64,000 nt of DNA from Candidatus Shapirobacteria bacterium (GCA_041661765.1 JBAZTV010000003.1:1064-65063), one strand, 5' to 3'; shown: positions 40,863 through 51,209, counted from the first letter of the stretch. The notes: generated by a model not told the origin, from the sequence alone. Made by a program: numbers and translations.

Positions 40863-41528
40863 TTATCTCCTCTTATTAATCGTTAAAAAATTAAAAACCT
40901 CACCTAAGATACACAATTCCACCAAAGAAATCAAACTAATAACCCAATATAAAATTGAATAAAATATATTAAATTTAAAAAATACCCCTAAAAAACCAAG
41001 TAATAAAAAAGACAATGAAATAGTTGATAAAAAAGCAAAACCTTTTTTACCGCTTTTGTACCAAACAAAAGATCTATATTTCTTTTTTGTCAGTTTCACA
41101 AAAAACACCATTAAGATCAAAAGCAATAAATATGCACCAATTTTAAGATCAAATTTTGTTCTCAAAAACTCATCTGCCACCAAAAAAACCAACAATACTA
41201 AATTATTAATTAATCCATCTTCGCAAAAAGGTATAATTTTCCAATTGTTCATTTTAGAAAAAATAACACTAGTCGCTATCAAAGTTAAAAATCCACCAAC
41301 ATAATCCATCCCCGGTTTATTCCAAACCGAAAACCAACTCATCCAATTATCGTTCCAAACACCAAAATTAACCAATCCATAAATAATTCTTCCACCAACA
41401 AAAAAACTCAACAGAGCAATCCAAGAATAAGTCACAATTTTATCTTCTTCGTAATTTTCTCTTAAATTTCTCCAAGTCAAATAAGCAAAAAGTATTATCC
41501 CAAAAGTTCTTATAATTCCTAAACTCAT
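40863..41528 (-). CDS. Lgt-like membrane protein (divergent prolipoprotein diacylglyceryl transferase)
   Basis: GGRIIY..., SVW..PGMDYVGGF resemble Lgt signature; operon with lspA. Confidence 0.55.
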   Translation of the reverse strand: MSLGIIRTFGIILFAYLTWRNLRENYEEDKIVTYSWIALLSFFVGGRIIYGLVNFGVWNDNWMSWFSVWNKPGMDYVGGFLTLIATSVIFSKMNNWKIIPFCEDGLINNLVLLVFLVADEFLRTKFDLKIGAYLLLLILMVFFVKLTKKKYRSFVWYKSGKKGFAFLSTISLSFLLLGFLGVFFKFNIFYSILYWVISLISLVELCILGEVFNFLTINKRR

Positions 41529-41553
41529 AATCTATTTTACCATTATCTTTTTG

Positions 41554-41636
41554 TACCGAAGGAGGGACTTGAACCCCCATGATATTGCTATCACACGATT
41601 TTGAGTCGTGCGTGTCTACCATTCCACCACTCCGGC
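41554..41636 (-). tRNA. tRNA-Leu(CAA)
   Basis: GCCGGAGTGGTGGAATGGTAGACACG; CACGA-CTCAAAA-TCGTG; long variable arm; GGTTCAAGTCC. Confidence 0.95.
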
Positions 41637-41668
41637 TTGAAAGTAAATCTATTATCTCACAACCAAAG

Positions 41669-42320
41669 CTATTTTTTAAGTTGTAGAGACCCCCTGTGGG
41701 GCAATTTATAAAATTTATCTTTTTGCCAATTAATAGGATTATTGATTATATAATTTTTGATCATTAATAGTTCTTTTTCATCTTTAATGATTTGATCGTG
41801 GAAACGAGGTTGCCAAGCAAACCAAAGATTTTGATGGTTACAAATTGATTTTACTGAAGCTTTAAATAATTTTATAACTCTAGGAATAATCTGATTGGAT
41901 TTAATATTAATTTTTTGTAGAGACGCATTGAATGCGTCTCTTGTATTATTATTTGTATTTTGTGTTGAATTATTGTTTGTATCCTGTGTTAGACAGAGAC
42001 GCACACAGTGCGTCTCTACATTTGTGTTAAGTGGTTGGTTTTTAATTTGAATTAATATATGCACATGGTTTGGCATAATTACCCATTCATGTAATTTAAT
42101 ATTTTTTCTTATTTTAAATGTTTTTAATAATTCAGATTTAGTAAAAATCACCACGTTTAGATAATTTCATTTTATTATCAATAATTTTTCCAAAAAAATT
42201 ATTATGGTTGTAAGTGCAGATGGTGATGAAATAATATCCAGGGGTGGAATAATTCCAATTTTGAAGACGAGAATATTTTAATTTAAATTTGTCGGCAAAT
42301 TTGGTTGGATTATCGACCAC
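41669..42320 (-). pseudogene. REP-associated tyrosine transposase (RAYT, Y1 HUH), split by a frameshift near 42145
   Basis: ORF1 NYSTPGYYFITICT; ORF2 VIMPNHVH, FKASVK, WQPRFHDQII, YIINNP.NW; carries internal GTAG REPs. Confidence 0.88.
41917..42019. repeat. Inverted pair of GTAG-type REPs inside RAYT
   Basis: GTAGAGACGCATTGAATGCGTCTCT (41917-41941) and AGAGACGCACACAGTGCGTCTCTAC (41995-42019); partial copy at 41683-41702. Confidence 0.88.
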
Positions 42321-42350
42321 ACATTATTGTAACAATTTTTACAAAATAAA

Positions 42351-42941
42351 CTATTTACCCCACTCCCATCCCAATTTATCCGGAATACTTCTGTATAGAA
42401 TACCTTTCTTTTTTGGCATTATTTGTCCTGATATTTTTTCTTTAGCTATCTTTAATAAAAACGTTTCCGAACCATTTGACTTAGGACATAAAGCCATGTC
42501 TAAATTTTTAGGATCTTTTTTAAATTCTCCAAGCAATTCACTAATAGTTTTATTATTATCTTTTGAAAAATAAATCTCTTTACTTATACTTTTAAATTCT
42601 GAATCTTCTATTAAATAGAATTCCTCATTTTTTAAACTCGGAACATAAGACAAGATATTATCTTCTGTCTTTAATAAATCCACAACAGAAAATCTGTCAT
42701 CAGATAATTCATAACTATGATGAAAATAGTTTTCTAAAAACTGATATTTTGCCAAAAGATTTTCTTTACCACCCAGTGACTTTATAATTTCTTCTTGACA
42801 TAATTTCTGAAGAGCTTTTCTTCCATTTAAATATGCAATTTTTTCATCTCTTGTTTCTACTTTATTTTCATTTTGAGATGGATTATAACCACCAAACTCA
42901 TCAATACTAACATTATAATCCATATTATTTTTTTCACTCAT
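42351..42941 (-). CDS. Hypothetical protein
   Basis: 196-aa ORF with upstream TGATATACT. Confidence 0.65.
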   Translation of the reverse strand: MSEKNNMDYNVSIDEFGGYNPSQNENKVETRDEKIAYLNGRKALQKLCQEEIIKSLGGKENLLAKYQFLENYFHHSYELSDDRFSVVDLLKTEDNILSYVPSLKNEEFYLIEDSEFKSISKEIYFSKDNNKTISELLGEFKKDPKNLDMALCPKSNGSETFLLKIAKEKISGQIMPKKKGILYRSIPDKLGWEWGK

Positions 42942-42963
42942 AATATGAGTATATCATTTTCTT

Positions 42964-44274
42964 TTATTGTTTTTTCTCCACATCAAAGAAACTCACTTGT
43001 TTACCATTAAAGTACAAATTAAAACTTCCGGTTGGACCATTTCTATGTTTTTCAATATTACAACTCACCATCTCACGAACTTCTTCATCTTCTCGATATA
43101 AAAAGAACACCACATCAGCATCCTGCTCAATACTTCCTGATTCTCTTAAATCAGACAATCGTGGTCGTCCTCCCCTCGCCTCCATGGCTCTTGACAATTG
43201 AGCCAATGCTAAAACCGGAACTTTTAATTCTCTTGCTAAGTTTTTTAATCCCTGAGAAATTTCCGAAACCTCTTGAACCCGATTATCTCGAGTACTTCCA
43301 TGCATTAATTGTAAATAATCCACAACAATAAGTTTAATTCCTTTATCCACCTGCAATCTTCTAGCCTTAGTTCTCAATTCTGTCACAGTTAAACCAGGTG
43401 TATCATCTATATAAAGCGGTGCTTCGGCTAATACACCCATTGCTTCCGACAAGGAATCAAAGTCATTAACCGACAACTGTCCCGTCTTCAATTTCCAAGC
43501 ATCAATTAATCCTTGTCTAACCAATAAACGATCCACTAGTTCTTCTTTGCTCATTTCCAATGAAAATATACAAACCGGCATTTTTTTTTCTACCGCCACA
43601 TAACGAGCAATATTCAAACCAAAAGCAGTTTTACCTACACCTGGCCGTGCCGCCAAAATCAACAAGTTACTATCTTGCATCCCCGCCAAAATGTTATCTA
43701 ACCCATTAAAACCACTCGGCACTCCCCTTAACCCTGTTCCCATTTTTTGCAATTCATCTAATCGATCAAAACTCGCTGTTAATACCTCTCTTAATGAAGT
43801 TGGAATCGATTTTAAATGTTTTTGTGATAAAGAAAAAATTTCCTGTTCGGCAATATCCAATAATTGGTCTGCTGGTAAACCAGGATCAAAAGCTTTTTCA
43901 CTAATTCTTCCCGCTGCCGAAATTAACTCTCTTTTAGCCGACAACGATTTAATAATATGTCCATAACTTTCCACATTTGCCGCCGTCGGCACTTCACTTG
44001 CCAATCTAGTTAAAAATCCTTTACCTCCAATCTTTTTTAAAATTTTAAACTCTTTTAATTTTTCCGCTACAGTCACAATATCAATCGGCATTCTCTCTTC
44101 ATACAACTTCATCATTGCCTCATAAATCTTGCCATAATTTGAATTGTAAAAATGTTCCGATCTCAAAAATTCAGACACTGCTAAAACTGCATCATTATCA
44201 ATTAAAATCGAACCCAATACACAAACCTCAGCCTCTTCTGAAGAGGGAGGTAACCTAATCACATCTGTTGTCAT
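42964..44274 (-). CDS. dnaB: Replicative DNA helicase
   Basis: AARPGVGKT, FSLEMS, DYLQL, LAQLSR, LSDLRESGSIEQDAD. Confidence 0.98.
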   Translation of the reverse strand: MTTDVIRLPPSSEEAEVCVLGSILIDNDAVLAVSEFLRSEHFYNSNYGKIYEAMMKLYEERMPIDIVTVAEKLKEFKILKKIGGKGFLTRLASEVPTAANVESYGHIIKSLSAKRELISAAGRISEKAFDPGLPADQLLDIAEQEIFSLSQKHLKSIPTSLREVLTASFDRLDELQKMGTGLRGVPSGFNGLDNILAGMQDSNLLILAARPGVGKTAFGLNIARYVAVEKKMPVCIFSLEMSKEELVDRLLVRQGLIDAWKLKTGQLSVNDFDSLSEAMGVLAEAPLYIDDTPGLTVTELRTKARRLQVDKGIKLIVVDYLQLMHGSTRDNRVQEVSEISQGLKNLARELKVPVLALAQLSRAMEARGGRPRLSDLRESGSIEQDADVVFFLYREDEEVREMVSCNIEKHRNGPTGSFNLYFNGKQVSFFDVEKKQ

Positions 44275-44281
44275 AAAAATA

Positions 44282-44863
44282 TTATACCTTTTTTAATACC
44301 TTCAATTCCAAACCGTCTGGCAAATCATTTTTATCAACTTTTAAAGATTCAACTGCTTCCAATCCTTCTTGATCAACCTGATCCAAAAATTTATCTAAAT
44401 TAGTATTATCTTCATCATCATAACCAATCGGAATTAAATAATTTACACCCCATTTTTTGGCCCAACCCAAGACCGACTTTCCACTCAAATCATCTTTTAT
44501 TAAAACTGGAGCAAATAACACATCAGCTGAATTAATTTTTTCAATTCTTTTATCACTCAACGATTCATCTAAATCTCCCAAAAACACCACTTTAATTCCA
44601 TCAATATTAACAATAAAAAAAGTGTTTTCCCCACCAGCAGAATAACCATTTATTTCAACACCACCAACTTCATATTCTCCCGGAGCTCGAATTAAAATTT
44701 TATCACCACTAAAGCCCATTCCATCATACTTTTCCGCTGTAAATAAAAAAATTCTTGACGGATATTTAGCATCATCTCTTCTTTTTTCGCTCGGATTAAT
44801 TAAAATATTTTCCTTTTTACCTTTTAAATAAACTGAATTGTTTTCTAAAACTTTTATTTCCAT
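44282..44863 (-). CDS. MBL-fold-like protein (metal ligands degenerate)
   Basis: PGEYEVGGVEI, LGDL, DVLFAPV, LIPIGY; ATG 44863. Confidence 0.7.
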   Translation of the reverse strand: MEIKVLENNSVYLKGKKENILINPSEKRRDDAKYPSRIFLFTAEKYDGMGFSGDKILIRAPGEYEVGGVEINGYSAGGENTFFIVNIDGIKVVFLGDLDESLSDKRIEKINSADVLFAPVLIKDDLSGKSVLGWAKKWGVNYLIPIGYDDEDNTNLDKFLDQVDQEGLEAVESLKVDKNDLPDGLELKVLKKV

Positions 44864-44919
44864 ATGGTTCAATTCTATCACCTTAGTTCGATTTTTTGTG
44901 ATATGATCTATATCATCAG

Positions 44920-45369
44920 ATGATAAAAGAATATTTTATTGCCATTATCCTCGGCGCAATTTTAGGTTTCGGTGTCACCGGATCTTTTTTTGCCCTTCAT
45001 CAAAATAATACAAAACAAAATATCACCACAATTTCTCCTGTTCCCACCAATACACAAATGTCTACTCAAGTTTCTATTACCCCATCCATTTCTGAAAAAA
45101 AATCTTCCATCGATATCATTTCTCCAGAAAATAATACTGTTCTTTCCACTGCCAAAACTAATATTAAGGGTAATACTAAACCAAATAGCTTAATAATTAT
45201 TTCTACACCCTCCCAAACTTTCAGTGACAAAAGTAATTCCAATGGTGTTTTTAATATTAATATCGAACTTGACAGTGGTGTCAATTTCATTAAAATCAGT
45301 AGCATCGATTCAGATGACAACCAAGAGGAAACCGAATTGAATCTTACTTATTCAACTACCAAAATTTAA
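44920..45369 (+). CDS. Membrane-anchored protein with Ig-like domain
   Basis: TM, P/T-rich linker, ISPEN..IKG.T..G.F..L..GVN. Confidence 0.7.
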   Translation: MIKEYFIAIILGAILGFGVTGSFFALHQNNTKQNITTISPVPTNTQMSTQVSITPSISEKKSSIDIISPENNTVLSTAKTNIKGNTKPNSLIIISTPSQTFSDKSNSNGVFNINIELDSGVNFIKISSIDSDDNQEETELNLTYSTTKI

Positions 45370-45370
45370 T

Positions 45371-46087
45371 ATGTACTTACTTTTATCTTTTCTCCTATCT
45401 TTATTTTTTCCTAACCAAATATTTGCCAAAGAAGCCACTGCTACCGCTTCAACTTCAGATAAAAACTTAACCGAAGAGGTCCGAGAAATGGTCGCCAAAA
45501 GAGTAAAAGAAATTAAACAGAATGATACTAATAGTTCTTCTTTGACCACTCCAAAATCTATTACTGGCACTATCTCTAAAATCGAAAACAGTAAAATAAT
45601 AATCACTGATAAAAATGATTCAAAAACTATTACTTTCTCTGAAGATACTGTTTTTATTGATGTTAAAAAAAATAAAATCAAAATTGATAACCTTAAGTCT
45701 GGACAAGTAATTTTATCTATGGGTTATTACGATCAATACGACAATTTTGAAGCCAAAAGAATTGTTATTATTACTTCAGAATCTATTGAAAATAAAAATG
45801 AAATAATTTTTGGAAAGATTGCTGATATCTCTCAAACATCAAATGTCTTGATTTTAATCCCTATAAAAAACAAAAATACCCAATATCAAATAAAATCCGA
45901 CTCAAAAACCAAAATTGTTGATGAAAATGGAAACATTTTAACCATTAGTAAGTTAAAATCTGGTCAAAAAATTGTCGCCGTAATTCAACCAGATGCTAAA
46001 ATTGCCAACACTTTTAATGTTTCCCATATTATTACCTTCAATTCAAATTCCACTTCCAATTCTCCCACTCCAACTCCTAAAAAATAG
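45371..46087 (+). CDS. Secreted protein with repeated beta-rich domains (DUF5666-like)
   Basis: Signal peptide; two repeats each containing LKSGQ. Confidence 0.65.
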   Translation: MYLLLSFLLSLFFPNQIFAKEATATASTSDKNLTEEVREMVAKRVKEIKQNDTNSSSLTTPKSITGTISKIENSKIIITDKNDSKTITFSEDTVFIDVKKNKIKIDNLKSGQVILSMGYYDQYDNFEAKRIVIITSESIENKNEIIFGKIADISQTSNVLILIPIKNKNTQYQIKSDSKTKIVDENGNILTISKLKSGQKIVAVIQPDAKIANTFNVSHIITFNSNSTSNSPTPTPKK

Positions 46088-46120
46088 AATCATTCCTTTT
46101 TTTTAAAAACCATCAAAGCT

Positions 46121-46129
46121 TGATATAAT
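46121..46129 (+). promoter_or_regulatory. Extended -10 promoter for tRNA-His
   Basis: TGATATAAT 17 nt before tRNA. Confidence 0.6.
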
Positions 46130-46146
46130 AGTCAAGCAATTATCAT

Positions 46147-46224
46147 GGTGGTATTAGCTCAATTGGTTAGAGCGCAGCTCTGTGAAAGCTGAGGTTGCCG
46201 GTTCAAGTCCGGTATACCACCCCA
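46147..46224 (+). tRNA. tRNA-His(GTG)
   Basis: G-1:C73, CAGCT-CTGTGAA-AGCTG, GGTTCAAGTCC, encoded CCA. Confidence 0.95.
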
Positions 46225-46262
46225 GATTTAAAAATTATCTTAAAATATACTTATAAACTAAA

Positions 46263-48356
46263 ATGAATTTAAATAAAATTTTTTATCCAAAATCAATTGC
46301 CATAATTGGAGCATCAACTCGAGAAGGAACTGTGGGTAATGATATTGTTAAGAATTTAGTTAATCAAAAATTTACAGGTAAAATTTATCCGATTAATCCA
46401 AAAACAGATACTCTTTATAATTTAGCGTGTTATCCAAGCGTAGGTCATATTGATGATGAAATTGATTTGGCGATCGTAGTAGTGCCAGCGATAATAGTAC
46501 CTGAAATGATGCAGGAAATTGCTAATAAAAATATTAAAGGAGTAATCATCATTTCAGCTGGTTTTAAAGAAATGGGGAGAATTGATTTAGAAAATAAAGT
46601 TAAAGAAATTTGTTTTAAAAATGATATTACTTTAATTGGTCCTAATTGTTTAGGAGTAATTAATCCAGAAATAAAAATGAATTCATCTTTTGCAATGTCC
46701 ATGCCAAATACGGGGAATTTAGCATTTTTGTCACAAAGCGGAGCCTTATGTACTGCAGTTTTAGATTGTGCTCAATCTTTAGGGATTGGTTTTTCAAAAT
46801 TTATTAGTGTAGGCAACAAAGCCTGCGTTGATGAGGTTGATTTTTTGGAATATTTTAGTGAAGACCAAAATACAAAAGTGATTGCCATTTATGCAGAACA
46901 ATTAACAAGAGCACAAGAATTAATTAAATCAGTTTTAAAATTAGCTAAAGAAAAACAAAAACCAATAATTTTAGTTAAAGCGGGTAAGACTAATGATGGA
47001 GCCAATGCTTCGGCTTCTCATACTGGAGCTTTAGGTGGTAGTGATGCAGCATATGAGGCCTTATTTAAACAAAGTGGCATTATCAGAGCTGAAAGTGTAT
47101 CTGAATTCTTTGATTTTATTCAAGTATTTACTAATAACCCCCTACCCCAAGGAAATAGGGTGGCAATTGTGACTAACGCTGGAGGTCCGGGAGTTTTAGC
47201 TACTGATGAGGCAATATTAAATAATTTAGTTTTGGTAAAATTAAGTGAAGAAACAAAAAATAATTTAAAGCAAAATTTACCGGAAGCAGCTAATGTAAAT
47301 AATCCAATAGACGTATTAGGTGATGCAAAGGCTGATAGATACAGAGCGGCAATGGAAACAGTAATTAAAGATGAAAAAGTGGATAGTGTAGTAGTAATTT
47401 TAACACCTCAATCAACGACTGAAATTGAAGCTACGGCTCAAATGTTGATCGAAACCAAAAAACAAAATAATAAACCCATTGTGGCTTGTTTTATGGGAGA
47501 AACAACTGTAATAAAAGCAGTGGAGATGATGAGAACAAATGGAATTAGTGTAATTAGTTTTCCAGAACAAGCAATAAAATCTTTAGCAGCACTAACTAAA
47601 TTTGCTGAAATTACTAGAGAAAATGAAATTGAACAATTTGAAAAAATAGATGTTGATAAACAAAAGGTAATAGAAATTTTTAATGAAGCACGTAGTCAAA
47701 ATATAACTAAATTTCCAGAAGCTCAAGCCTTGAAAATTTTAGAAGCGTATAAATTCCCTCTTTTAAAGAATAAAGTGGCTACCAATGCCAATGAAGCTAG
47801 TGAAATTGCTAAAGATTTTGGAACTAATTTGGCTATGAAAATAGTTTCTCAAGATATTTTACATAAAAGTGATATAGGTGGAGTGATACTGGATATTAAA
47901 GTAGAAGAGGCCGGAATTAAGTTTACTGAAATGGTAGAAAAAATTAAAACTAAATTACCAAATGCCAAAATTGAAGGTGTACTTTTAATGGAAATGGCGC
48001 CAAAAAATGGAGTTGAATTAATTTTAGGAGCAAAAAAAGACCCCGCTTTAGGACAAACGATAATGGTTGGTTTGGGGGGAATTTATGTGGAAGTGTTTAA
48101 AGATATAACTTTTGGAATTGTACCGATTAATAAAACTGATGCTAAAAAAATGATCGATAGTATTAAAGTTAAAAAATTATTTGAGGGAGTTCGAGGTGGA
48201 GTTGCGCTAGATGTTGAAGTATTAATCGAAACTTTAGGCCGATTATCCAAATTACTTTCAGATTTTCCAGAAATTGAAGAATTAGATATTAATCCCCTGT
48301 TGATATTACCACAAGGACAGGGAGTTAAAGTTTTGGACGCCAGAATTTTAATATGA
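46263..48356 (+). CDS. ADP-forming acetate/acyl-CoA ligase (fused alpha-beta)
   Basis: PKSIAIIGAS, GPNCLG, SQSGAL, ASHTG, TNAGGPG, NPID, HKSDIGGV, ELDINPL. Confidence 0.93.
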   Translation: MNLNKIFYPKSIAIIGASTREGTVGNDIVKNLVNQKFTGKIYPINPKTDTLYNLACYPSVGHIDDEIDLAIVVVPAIIVPEMMQEIANKNIKGVIIISAGFKEMGRIDLENKVKEICFKNDITLIGPNCLGVINPEIKMNSSFAMSMPNTGNLAFLSQSGALCTAVLDCAQSLGIGFSKFISVGNKACVDEVDFLEYFSEDQNTKVIAIYAEQLTRAQELIKSVLKLAKEKQKPIILVKAGKTNDGANASASHTGALGGSDAAYEALFKQSGIIRAESVSEFFDFIQVFTNNPLPQGNRVAIVTNAGGPGVLATDEAILNNLVLVKLSEETKNNLKQNLPEAANVNNPIDVLGDAKADRYRAAMETVIKDEKVDSVVVILTPQSTTEIEATAQMLIETKKQNNKPIVACFMGETTVIKAVEMMRTNGISVISFPEQAIKSLAALTKFAEITRENEIEQFEKIDVDKQKVIEIFNEARSQNITKFPEAQALKILEAYKFPLLKNKVATNANEASEIAKDFGTNLAMKIVSQDILHKSDIGGVILDIKVEEAGIKFTEMVEKIKTKLPNAKIEGVLLMEMAPKNGVELILGAKKDPALGQTIMVGLGGIYVEVFKDITFGIVPINKTDAKKMIDSIKVKKLFEGVRGGVALDVEVLIETLGRLSKLLSDFPEIEELDINPLLILPQGQGVKVLDARILI

Positions 48357-48367
48357 TAAAGTACCAT

Positions 48368-49180
48368 ATGGTCGAAAAAAATACTTCAACTCCAGAAAAT
48401 TTAAATTCACTCAAAATTGAAACCATTAAATCAGGTAACAACGAAGTCTCCGTCTGTCCACAACGCGGTGGAATAATTACCTCTTTAAAATTAAATGGCA
48501 CTGAAATACTCTTTTTAAATCCAGAAAATTTTAATGACGTCAAAAATAATGTCCGAGGTGGTATCCCCATTCTTTTTCCCAACGCCGGTCCAATTACCAC
48601 CACCGATTCAGAATTTTCCAATTTAAAACAACACGGTTTTGCTAGAAATTCTTCAAAATGGAATTTTCAACAAACCACCAACGGATTCATTGAAAATTTA
48701 TCTTCAAACGAAGAAACATTAAAAGTCTATCCTTGTAAATTTAAACTTTCCATTATTGGAAAATTTGAGAAAGACGATTCTTTTACTCTCACTCAAGAAG
48801 TAAAAAATGAAGATAATAAAGAAATACCAGTTTCTTTCGGACTTCATCCTTATTTCAATGTTCCTACAAATCAAAAAAATAACATTGAATTTAATTTTCC
48901 AGGTGGTGAAATTATTAAAAATGAAACTGATAAATGGTCAAACGGTGGCACCACTTCCATTGATAATCCTCAAAAATTAGAAACTAAAATTCCAACAATT
49001 GGAACAATTACTCTTAACACCTCACCAGAATATCAACGAATTTGGACTTGGTCCATAAAAGATGAAAATTTTATCTGTATTGAACCAGTCATGCGCAATG
49101 TAAATGGTCTTGTTGAAAATCCAGAAAAAATCCAGCCCCAAGCCACTTTTTCCGCCAGTGTCAATTTTAAATTAAAATAA
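48368..49180 (+). CDS. Aldose 1-epimerase family protein
   Basis: RGGIPILFP, QHGFAR, GLHPYF, FICIEP. Confidence 0.9.
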   Translation: MVEKNTSTPENLNSLKIETIKSGNNEVSVCPQRGGIITSLKLNGTEILFLNPENFNDVKNNVRGGIPILFPNAGPITTTDSEFSNLKQHGFARNSSKWNFQQTTNGFIENLSSNEETLKVYPCKFKLSIIGKFEKDDSFTLTQEVKNEDNKEIPVSFGLHPYFNVPTNQKNNIEFNFPGGEIIKNETDKWSNGGTTSIDNPQKLETKIPTIGTITLNTSPEYQRIWTWSIKDENFICIEPVMRNVNGLVENPEKIQPQATFSASVNFKLK

Positions 49181-49299
49181 TATTTAAATCCCATAAACCC
49201 AACACAATTTGTTGATAAATCTTTTTTTTATTGTATAATCACGTGCTAGACTTTTTAAGTCATTTAGCACATTAAATTTTTGTGAAAGGTGGAATCCCG

Positions 49300-49749
49300 G
49301 TGAGTTTAAAACAACACCACGACGCCCTTTTAGATGGTCTACATCCAATCTTCCCAGAATCCATTAAAATAATAAATCAAATTTGCGGCAACAGAGAAGT
49401 AATACGTGGAATCGAATTCGAAAAAGTTAGTCAAACAATTGATGGATTTCTAAAAATTATACGACCCACCACTAGTGATGATTACTGTTGGTTTTGGGGA
49501 TTAGTTTTTAATATCCAAAATGAAGAAGTTATTATCACTTTTCCATGGGCTCAAGATTGGGATAAAAAAGACGGAATCCAACTTGATCGATCAATAGCCG
49601 TCTATATTAAAAAACCTTGGTTTCAGATTCTAGTTTTTAAATTCAAAAATAAACTTCATATTAAACAGTCAACCATCATTCTGACTAACGAAAATAAAAT
49701 TAACCAACTCATAAGCGAATTGGCTATTGGATTTCAAAAACCTAAATAA
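49300..49749 (+). CDS. Hypothetical protein
   Basis: GTG start after SD GAAAGGTGG; own promoter and terminator. Confidence 0.6.
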   Translation: MSLKQHHDALLDGLHPIFPESIKIINQICGNREVIRGIEFEKVSQTIDGFLKIIRPTTSDDYCWFWGLVFNIQNEEVIITFPWAQDWDKKDGIQLDRSIAVYIKKPWFQILVFKFKNKLHIKQSTIILTNENKINQLISELAIGFQKPK

Positions 49750-49776
49750 AACTACCTATCAACAATCAATTTAAAT

Positions 49777-49841
49777 CCCTCAAAATTTAATCATCACTAT
49801 TATTTAGTGACGACAATAATTTAATAGAGGGGCTTTTTTTT
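49777..49841 (+). terminator. Long hairpin terminator
   Basis: CCCTC...TCACTA/TAGTGA...GAGGG followed by T-run. Confidence 0.55.
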
Positions 49842-49963
49842 AAAAAACTTACTATTAATTATTTGACTTATTAAAAATTTTGAGTCACAAACGAAAATAT
49901 TTTGTCTTAAAACACGATTCCGATTTATTGGGATAAATAGTTATTACAATGTTAAAATCAATT

Positions 49964-51208
49964 ATGAATCAAATTAAACCACAAACATTAAAAGGCTTTC
50001 GTGATTTCCTTCCAAAGGAAATGGCAGTTCGTAATTATGTCAAAAATACTTTAATTGAAATTTTTGAAAAAAATGGCTTTTTACCTCTCGAAACTCCAGC
50101 ACTAGAATATGCCTCTGTTTTAAAAGGTAAATATAGTAATGAAACTGATGATAAATTAGGCTATTTTTTTAAAGACAATGGTGGTCGTGATATTGGTCTT
50201 CGTTACGATTTAACTGTCCCCACTGCCAAAGTTTTAGCTATCTATAATAATGAAATTCAGCTCCCATTTAAGCGATATCAAATACAACCAGTCTGGCGTG
50301 CCGAAAACACTCAACGAGGTCGTTACCGAGAATTTGTCCAATGTGATATAGATATTTTTGGTACCACCTCCGCCATCGCCGACGCCGAAATTATTTCCAT
50401 TATCTATATCGGCACCCAAAAATTAAATTTTAAAAACGCCATTATTAAAATCAACAGCCGGCCAATCCTTTTCGACATTTTGACTAAAAGCAACATCCAA
50501 AATAATCAAAATTCAATACTTCAATCAATCGATAAGTTGGACAAAATTGGTGAAGATGGAGTAAAAAAAGAACTCATTGACAAAGGTCTATCTAATACTC
50601 AAATTGATGACGTTTTTAAATACATCAAACTGGCTCAGCCAGACGACAATTTAAAACAAGTTTTTAACAATTTAAAAGCCTTAAACATCCCCGATAATGC
50701 CTATATTTTTGACCCAACTCTTGTCCGTGGTTGTGATTACTACACTGGCACTATTTTTGAAGTCTGTGTCACTGAGCCAAAAATGGGAGCCATCGGTGGC
50801 GGTGGTCGTTATGATAATTTAGTTTCCACTCTCGGTGGACCTCAAATTCCCGCCGTCGGTTTTGCTTTTGGTTTTGAAAGAGTAGTTGATGTTATTCAAG
50901 AATTAAATCTCCTTCCCCAAATCAATCGATCCAAAATTAAAATTTTAATTGCTAATTTTGGCCCAGAAACTGAAACTAATATTTTAAATTTAATTAGTAA
51001 GCTTCGTGATCAAAATATTCCCTTCATTATTTATCCCGATGCCGACAAGCTTGGCAAACAAATAAAATATGCCGATAATATGAGTATTCCTTATCTCGCT
51101 ATTATCGGTACTGACGAAGCCAAAAATAACCAAATTACTTTAAAAAATCTCACTACAACCGAACAAAAATCGGTTAGTTTTGATGAATTAGTTAATAAAT
51201 TAAAATAA
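49964..51208 (+). CDS. hisS: Histidine--tRNA ligase
   Basis: KGFRDF, LRYDLT, GRYREF.QCD, RGCDYYTG, GGGRYD, GFAFGFER. Confidence 0.97.
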   Translation: MNQIKPQTLKGFRDFLPKEMAVRNYVKNTLIEIFEKNGFLPLETPALEYASVLKGKYSNETDDKLGYFFKDNGGRDIGLRYDLTVPTAKVLAIYNNEIQLPFKRYQIQPVWRAENTQRGRYREFVQCDIDIFGTTSAIADAEIISIIYIGTQKLNFKNAIIKINSRPILFDILTKSNIQNNQNSILQSIDKLDKIGEDGVKKELIDKGLSNTQIDDVFKYIKLAQPDDNLKQVFNNLKALNIPDNAYIFDPTLVRGCDYYTGTIFEVCVTEPKMGAIGGGGRYDNLVSTLGGPQIPAVGFAFGFERVVDVIQELNLLPQINRSKIKILIANFGPETETNILNLISKLRDQNIPFIIYPDADKLGKQIKYADNMSIPYLAIIGTDEAKNNQITLKNLTTTEQKSVSFDELVNKLK

Positions 51209-51209
51209 A

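Noticed and set aside
41440-41622. 60-aa ORF
   Set aside because: Is the tRNA-Leu sequence read as codons
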